DNA of 63,889 bases, filler included, from Klebsormidium nitens (Eukaryota; Plantae; Klebsormidiophyceae): NCBI GenBank assembly GCA_000708835.1. It is 6 parts of 6 records of this genome, joined end to end, with 100 filler letters (N's around TTAATTAATTAA, not from the genome) between each part and the next. Parts side by side here need not be neighbours in the genome. Positions count along the whole stretch, not along the records: positions 51,624 to 62,407 come from DF238145.1; positions 62,508 to 63,889 come from DF238357.1; 4 more parts are not named here. One strand, given 5' to 3'. The notes beneath the pieces are model-generated. The model saw nothing but the letters and a program-made list of their open reading frames with translations. It was not told the origin of the DNA and did not search any database. This document shows positions 57,401 through 63,889 of the stretch, in pieces (position 1 is the first letter of the stretch; every line of letters begins with the position of its first letter). A program made the translations under genes and the position numbers.

Positions 57401-60400
57401 ATGCGGAAGCGCTAAGCGATCAACAAACTTCGAAGAGTTACAGCAAAAATCCTACTGCTCACCACATGGATACGTGTCTGTCCTGTCTGTACTGTCAATT
57501 AAGCAAAACGCTGTGCAGATCAAAAAAAGCCCTCCCGTGCAATATGATCGATCCATGAGGCCACGCTCACCGGCTGTAAAGACAGTTTGATGCGGCGCTG
57601 CCCTCTTGATGTGCTTCGTTGCTCCTCGGGCTCAGGAACGGCGTCACCAGAAGCTACAGCGTGCGGCCGCTTCTTGTTGGGTGCCCGAACTTCATCTTCC
57701 TCGGGCAAGTCTATGCTGGAGTAGACTGGGCTTGTTGGCATATATCCCTCCCTCAACTGCAAACCGGCAAATCAGACGTGATGAGTCGGTGCCCGAGTGA
57801 GCAGGGGCGATTGGATGGGAGCACAAGGATGAGACGTGCACGCGCAGCCGTCAATATATTAGGTACTAGCCCACGAACTTGTCTCAACTGCAAGTTGAGA
57901 AGGAGCATTAGAGGTCTACGCAGTTTGAGCACTGAGCTCAGAGCTTTTTTCAATAGGATTTTCTGTCCTCACCGTCATCTCGTCGCCGGATGGCAGACAA
58001 GCTGCCTCAAGCAGTCCTGCAGCATCGCCCCCTTCCTTTAATCCCTGCAAAAGCCGCATGAGAGCCCTCAGTTGACAGCGCCAACAATGCTCAAGACTTG
58101 CGCAACATGCATATAAGCGTTGCATCGACTATAGATCTTACCCTAAAAACCGAACCCCCTTCTTGCAAAGAGTGAGAGGAGATTAACAGCAGCTATGAGG
58201 TAGTGCGCTTCACGGGAGCAACTCTTACAATAAAAATTCATCCTAGCTTGGGACTCACAAGACCAAGGGTGTCCAACTCGGATAGCTCCTTCTCGAGCAT
58301 CTCTTCATCAGCAGGAGGCAGCTCTTCCGCAAAAACTGGTCTTCTAGTGCCCTCAAATTCACACACTGTTTGCTCAGGCTCCGCTAAGGTAGCCTCTTGC
58401 ATGCTGCCCTCCATCATCACCTGCAAACGGCAAGAACATAGCAATCAGAACCACCGCAGCAGAGGGGAAATAGAAGCTTCTAGGGCCAAGGGCAAGAAAC
58501 GCTCAAGAGGTGGCTGAGCTTCTTGCAGCGCCGTCGGGTCAAGGGGAGTTCTCAACAGGAGAAGAGCTGAGCAAGGGGGCAATGCCTGCTGCTGAGGGGG
58601 GGAGGTTGGCTGTGGAAGCTGGTGATAGGACGGAGCTCGAGAAGGAAAGCGGAAGAGGTGAAGGCGTGAGTGAAGGTAAACAGGTGGGTGAGAAAATGCA
58701 GGAAGCGGGGGCAGAAAAAAGGGAAACCGAAGGGGGGGTAGATCGTAGAGGCCCGGAGAAGGAGGATGGGCAGAATTTGAAAAAGAGGCTGCGATTTTGG
58801 CTGGAAAGGAGATGTTTGGACTTTCAGGCGAGGAGTGGGGAGGTTGGTGAAAACAGGGGATGGTCAGAATTGGCCGAAGCAGTGGGTGGGGAGCAGGTTG
58901 GTCGACCGACGTTGAAGCGGTTGCGTGTCAAGATTGGTGAAAAGATGGGGAGCGCCTTGGACGACATTTGAACAAGGATCGAGGCTGATGCACCGTCCGA
59001 AAAGACAGCACAGGCTCCCAGGGACAAGGGGGTATCTGGGAGTTTACCTGGGCGCGTGTGAGGGTTTTGACAAGTTGCCAAATGCACTGCTCATGAGGGG
59101 GAGACAGACAGAACATCGAATTGCGGGTGTCAAAGGAGGGGAGGGGTCGGCAGCCGGGGTTGGACGAGATTCTCAAGACCCTGCCCTCCTCCATACACGG
59201 CAGACCAAAGAAACTGCCCCCGCAAGGATCAGACCACCAGTTCGGAACTGCGCACGTGGACATGGCGCTTGACTGGTTCATATTCACCAGTTGATCCAAG
59301 TCTGGCTTTCAAGAGCAAACTTATAGGTAGAGAGATCACATGAAGCAGCAAGTATCGAACAGCCTTAGGAGTTATCAGGTGACTCTTGCCTGACGCGGGC
59401 TGGACCTTGGCTCCGATGAAGTCTAGAAAAGGGGCCCAGCGTTGCCTGGTTCGTGGCAACCTCCCTCCCCGCCTTCAGCAGCTTGGCCCTGTACCCCGCA
59501 AAGATGTTCGCTCACGTGTTTGTGCATGCGCCCGCTGATGTACAAGCTCCCCACGCCTGCAGGTCGTGCGGCAGACGCGCCACTTTATCAGCTTGTTGGA
59601 GCTTCAACTTCCTACTTAAGAGTGCTGACCTCCCGAGCGCTTTCCCTCGCGGTACTTGCAAACGTGAACTTGTCATTGAATGCCACCACCTTCAATTGGG
59701 TGGCGCGCCACTTTGTCTCCTAACAAGGATACAAAGAACGGAGCTTGTCCGGTCCTTGAGTTGTCTGCCATAACTTAAAATGGCCAATCACACATTTAAT
59801 TTCCATTATGAGATGAATCAGGCTTACTCGTGTCAGAAAACAGTGTTTTCCTTCTCCGTCCTCTTGACGATCGTAGCATTAACCAATATGACCAAAAAAG
59901 AGCTATTATTACCAATTAATCCCAAGCACCAGGCATGGATCTAGAAGCAGCAAGTCGACTCGTGCTTGTGTGGCTGCCGCAAAGCAAAAAGACTTGCTGA
60001 GGAGGCCACTGCACATTGTGACGCAGAAAGGTCGGTTGATTTCCTGGGGACTGTGCACGGCCGGCAAATCACAGAATGGATGGAGGGGCAGAGAAAGGTC
60101 ATGGAAAAATGCCCAGGGGGCTTTGGAATGGCGTCTGGAGCCCCCTGGTAGGAGGTGTCAGAAATTATTATGAGAGGCTACGGGTAAAGACTTTTCTGGA
60201 AACAACCAAGCTGGAATCGCACGATCGACAGCCCCCACCTGGCGACCTTGGGATCTTTGAGCTCCTGTCTACTGCGACATTTCAGTTCAGCTACCCCGAA
60301 GACCATTTTAATGCTTCTATTGCAACCTAGAGGAGGGTTATGCATTAAAAACGAGAGACAACCTGGTAAAGCGGAACTGGTATCGAGCAGAAGGAGGACC

Positions 60401-63201
60401 GCTACTGGCTCACTTGCTTGCAAGATCCGGTCCCTACCAATATATGACATGCCACGCCTACCAATGTATGACATGTGCCCAAAAGCTAGCATTCTGCCTG
60501 ATTGTGAGCGTGGGTTGGCCTCTTTGTATACCGGTCGACCCACAAGCAAAGATCAGCTCATAAATAATGGATGGTCGACCCACAAGCGAAAATCAGCTCG
60601 TGAGTAGGGGAAGCCGTACAGGAGGAAAGGAGACCAAGAAGACATCGAACATGACTCACAAGTAGTTGGTTTTTCCTCTTTGGGAACTGGATGAGCTGAG
60701 CAGTGTCTCCTTGTTGCTGGCGCTGGTCCAAAGCGTCAGGCCCGAGATCCCTGAGTTGCTCCGCTGCGGAGAAAAAACAGCAAAGAGAAGTCAGAGAGAG
60801 GATGGCAGGGACTGGGAACAACTTGAGTTTGATGAACATGGAAGACAGCTGCTTACATCGAGCCAGCTCATCGGGCTCCCAAAATGGTCTAGCTTCTGAT
60901 ACAGAGCGCGGGTTTCTTATCAGGTTGGCTGGGCGCTGACCATGCGTCTGGAACAATCCACCCTCTGCAAACGAGCGCGGGGTCATTCTGTGGAAAAGGT
61001 TGCTTGCTTGGGGCACAACTCGAGCCTGACGTACACGTGAGACAGTCGCTCACAATCCTGGCTTGAGCAGCTCATTGGGGAGTCTAGAACACTCTGATTC
61101 CTCAAGTAGAGCACCCGATTGTCTAAGAAAAGCCGGCATACTTTAGCAAAAACTTGGGCTAATTTACATGGAGGACTGTTGCTTTCAGTCCTGGCTTGAG
61201 CAGCTCAGTCCGTCCAAGACAGTCCAACTTCTGAAGTAGAGCACCGGATCTTCATACAGAAAGGCTGGAGTTCTTTGGGCGGGAATGAGAGGTAGACGGC
61301 TGCTTCCAATTCTGACTTCATCTGAAACATTGTGGAAGTAGAGGTCGAGTCGAGATCCTTGACATAGGCTGACGTACTTCAGGTAAAAGAATCCGACAGA
61401 TGTCCACGGTACACGGCCGCTCGCATATCTGGCTGAGATATGCGTCATTTATAACAGTCTAACTTTAGAAACGATGCTCGGGCCTTTCGCTGTCCTGACT
61501 TGAGCAACACATCGTCTGTTCAAAAAGATCTGACTCTTGATGCAAGGCTCGAATCTTCTTCAGGCACAAATTAGAGACCAATATAGGTACGTACGAGAGG
61601 AACGAAAAGAAAGGTGAGAGTTGCACATGAACGTCTCTGCGACCATCCCACTCAACGTGTTGGGCGAAATTGATCTACTTTAGACAACCGACTGGGCAAA
61701 CAACTCCGACGGGAATGACATGGAGATGTCACAAATGTCCGGCTTTTCGGCCGACAATCTCTTGGCATGATATGTTAAGATGTTGTGATTTTTAGAGCCT
61801 CCGATAGGACAGACGGGACAGATAGGTAAATTTCACAGATGTTCTAACTTCAGCAAGGCGTTGACACATTGCCCGGGACCCTGGACTCCTGTGAGCAGCT
61901 ATGTCAGAAGCTGACTGTGCTCCACCATGCGGAAGCAGCGCTGCAGATTTAGAACTCTAAGGCCCCTGCCACAACTGCTGCTCGAATTGACGACATCCCT
62001 TCAACATACCACGCTTCAAATGCCAATCCAAATGAGCTGAACTTACCAGAGGATGAGCCCCACAGCGCTCTGCTGCTGCACCTTGATGCCTCAGCAGCCG
62101 CCACCTGTTCCCCACTTCGGCCTGCATTAAAACGACTTGTAATTGTCAATTGTCGGCGACTTGCCTTGAGGCAGCAAGGACTTTCATAAGCATACTGCAG
62201 CCGCTCATCCAGGTCATCTGTAGCGCGCTGCGGCAGCACATGGGCAGCGAGTCAACGCCTGCCACCTGCTCCATCTCCTCAGCCTTCACATTTGAATGAA
62301 CGAATTCCAGTTGGGGAGACTTGTCTCCAAACAGCCAGAGCTTTCATCGGTGAAGAGTTCTGTGACGTTTGGGCTATGGTTAAGTCTAACCGCTCAAACC
62401 CACAGAGNNNNNNNNNNNNNNNNNNNNNNNNNNNNNNNNNNNNNNNNNNNNTTAATTAATTAANNNNNNNNNNNNNNNNNNNNNNNNNNNNNNNNNNNNN
62501 NNNNNNNATCGGGAACAAAAAACCATTCTAATACTTAGACATATTGTAATCTTGAAAACGATTTGTTCCCGGTGGACTTGGGGGATGTGGTTGCTAGAAG
62601 GGGCATTCCTCCAGAGTCTGACCTCTCTTTCAAGTTGATGCCTCTCATTGTCCAACATTTCATCTTCTCCACTGTCGTCATTTTCAGAGCCGTCCGAATC
62701 CGCAGGTCCAGATGATCTTGGACGGAACTCAACGTCATCATTCTCCAAATCCTCACTGACTTGGCCTGCCTCATCTGCACATGTTCAAAGAGTTCTTTTG
62801 AAACGACTTTTCAGAAAGTAGCCAATCATTCGTATCTGCCCATGGTGGTGCAGCAAGCCATTTCTGCATTGGTGATTACTAAATGTCGAATGTAAAAATG
62901 GCCACTTTCAGCTTAGGCCCCAAATTGTGTGTTGTAAATTCCTAACCTTTCCCTATTTCCATTGGGGTAGTCAAGCATCCGGTGGCCACAGCATATCCAG
63001 CCTCATAAAAGCGAGTGAATTCAGTCTCAATCCCCGAGCTGACTGTAGCATTGGCAATGTTGTTGCCGGGTGCGCTCCAACATCCATCTCACTGTCTGAT
63101 TGTGATAGTATCACTTTGCGTCGTTTCTGTAATTTCTCAGATGGACCGAGGGACAGTGACTCAACATCTTGACTGAATTGAGCAAAGTCCTCGTCTTCCA
63201 T
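54500..63201. other. Unresolved region of degenerate exon-like fragments on both strands, probably decayed transposon genes
   Basis: Short acidic/low-complexity ORFs with splice-like ends (e.g. 55906-56331, 58238-58444, 58510-58971, 62452-62748, 62971-63201); no domain recognised with confidence. Confidence 0.3.
62361..62407 (+). mobile_element. LTR start related to the 49990 LTR
   Basis: tgtgacgtttgggctatggttaagtctaacc vs tgtgacatatgggctatggttaagtccaacc; diverges after ~31 bp and enters a gap. Confidence 0.55.
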
Positions 63202-63528
63202 GTCGTTGAATGAAACCCTAAAAAGTGGCCGACGGACTCTTAGATCAAGAAAAACCTAATGTTGTGCAAAACGAGTCCTGGTAAAAACCTAATTTCCAGC
63301 TTTTATAGCTGTTACTTACCGTCCGAACATTTTAGGGTTTGAGTGCTACGTTGGCGGCCATTCGGACGATGTGGTGCGCGACGTGGCATAAGTAATACCA
63401 AGTCTGCGAACGAAAATCGGTTCTAATACTTGAACATATCGTATTATAGGACGATGATTCGTTCCGGGATTCACGACCGGGACTTAAACGTGAATGTCCG
63501 GCCGAACGTTCGAGTAGCCTCTGTCATT

Positions 63529-63889
63529 TTCGAAAGAAATGGGCCACATCATCCGGGGCTCCACATGGGCTCAAACACTTTGAAAGGAATGAGAGAAAAG
63601 AGAGAGGTCGAACTGTAAACCGATTGAGTCCAAGTGCCTTTTTGAGTTCCAAGCGGGACCACATGGGCTCAAACACTTTGTCGTTCGATCTCTCTCTTTT
63701 CTCTCATCTCTCTCAAATCAATTGCAATATTGCAGCGGCTCCCAACTCTCAAAAATTCGAAAGTAATGGGCCACGTCATCCGGGGGTCCACATGGGCTAA
63801 AACACATTGAAAGGAATGAGAGAAAAGAGAGAGGTCGAACAGTAAACCGATTGAGTCCAAGTGCCTTTTTGAATTCTAAGCGGGACCAC
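63529..63889. repeat. ~227-bp-period direct repeat with an internal inverted segment
   Basis: 63529-63662 closely matches 63756-63889; the spacer contains ttcgatctctctcttttctctcat, near-reverse-complement of atgagagaaaagagagaggtcgaa. Confidence 0.85.

Noticed and set aside
59440-60330. Third KDZ transposase (Cys-rich N-terminal exons) on the plus strand
   Set aside because: Some Cys/His spacing is suggestive, but no catalytic motifs were found; left as unresolved.
49990-62407. 49990 and 62361 LTRs as the two ends of one 12-kb element
   Set aside because: They diverge after ~31 bp, no polypurine tract precedes 62361, and the interior lacks pol.

Overview
Eukaryotic nuclear scaffold with N-gaps, several containing an artificial TTAATTAATTAA spacer. 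Gene content and intron style suggest a streptophyte alga such as Klebsormidium (inference). The window is a nested stack of foreign DNA. (1) Two blocks of a decaying endogenous giant virus (NCLDV). Block 1 (~7-15 kb) has the RNR large subunit, Bro-N/nuclease and an A18-like helicase. Block 2 (~23-36 kb) has conserved NCLDV hypotheticals, PrimPol-D5, a C2H2-ZF nuclease, RNase III, the A32 packaging ATPase and a major-capsid-like N-terminus. Embedded in block 2 are an intronless plant-type GH9 cellulase, a secreted Pro-rich extensin-like protein and a P/U-type cyclin. (2) Between the blocks, an intron-rich plant transcription factor gene joining a ZF-HD-like homeodomain to a LAV-type B3 domain. 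(3) A compact tyrosine recombinase + PrimPol-D5 module followed by iterated TGATACAAAA repeats. (4) Two different intron-containing KDZ (Kyakuja-Dileera-Zisupton) transposase genes. (5) A Ty3/Gypsy retrotransposon with a DNMT3-like C5 methyltransferase inside pol and a C-terminal PHD finger, itself interrupted by another LTR element. (6) A third, intron-containing PrimPol-D5 gene and an unresolved degenerate region at 54-63 kb. All family assignments come from motif recognition by eye; no database search was run.
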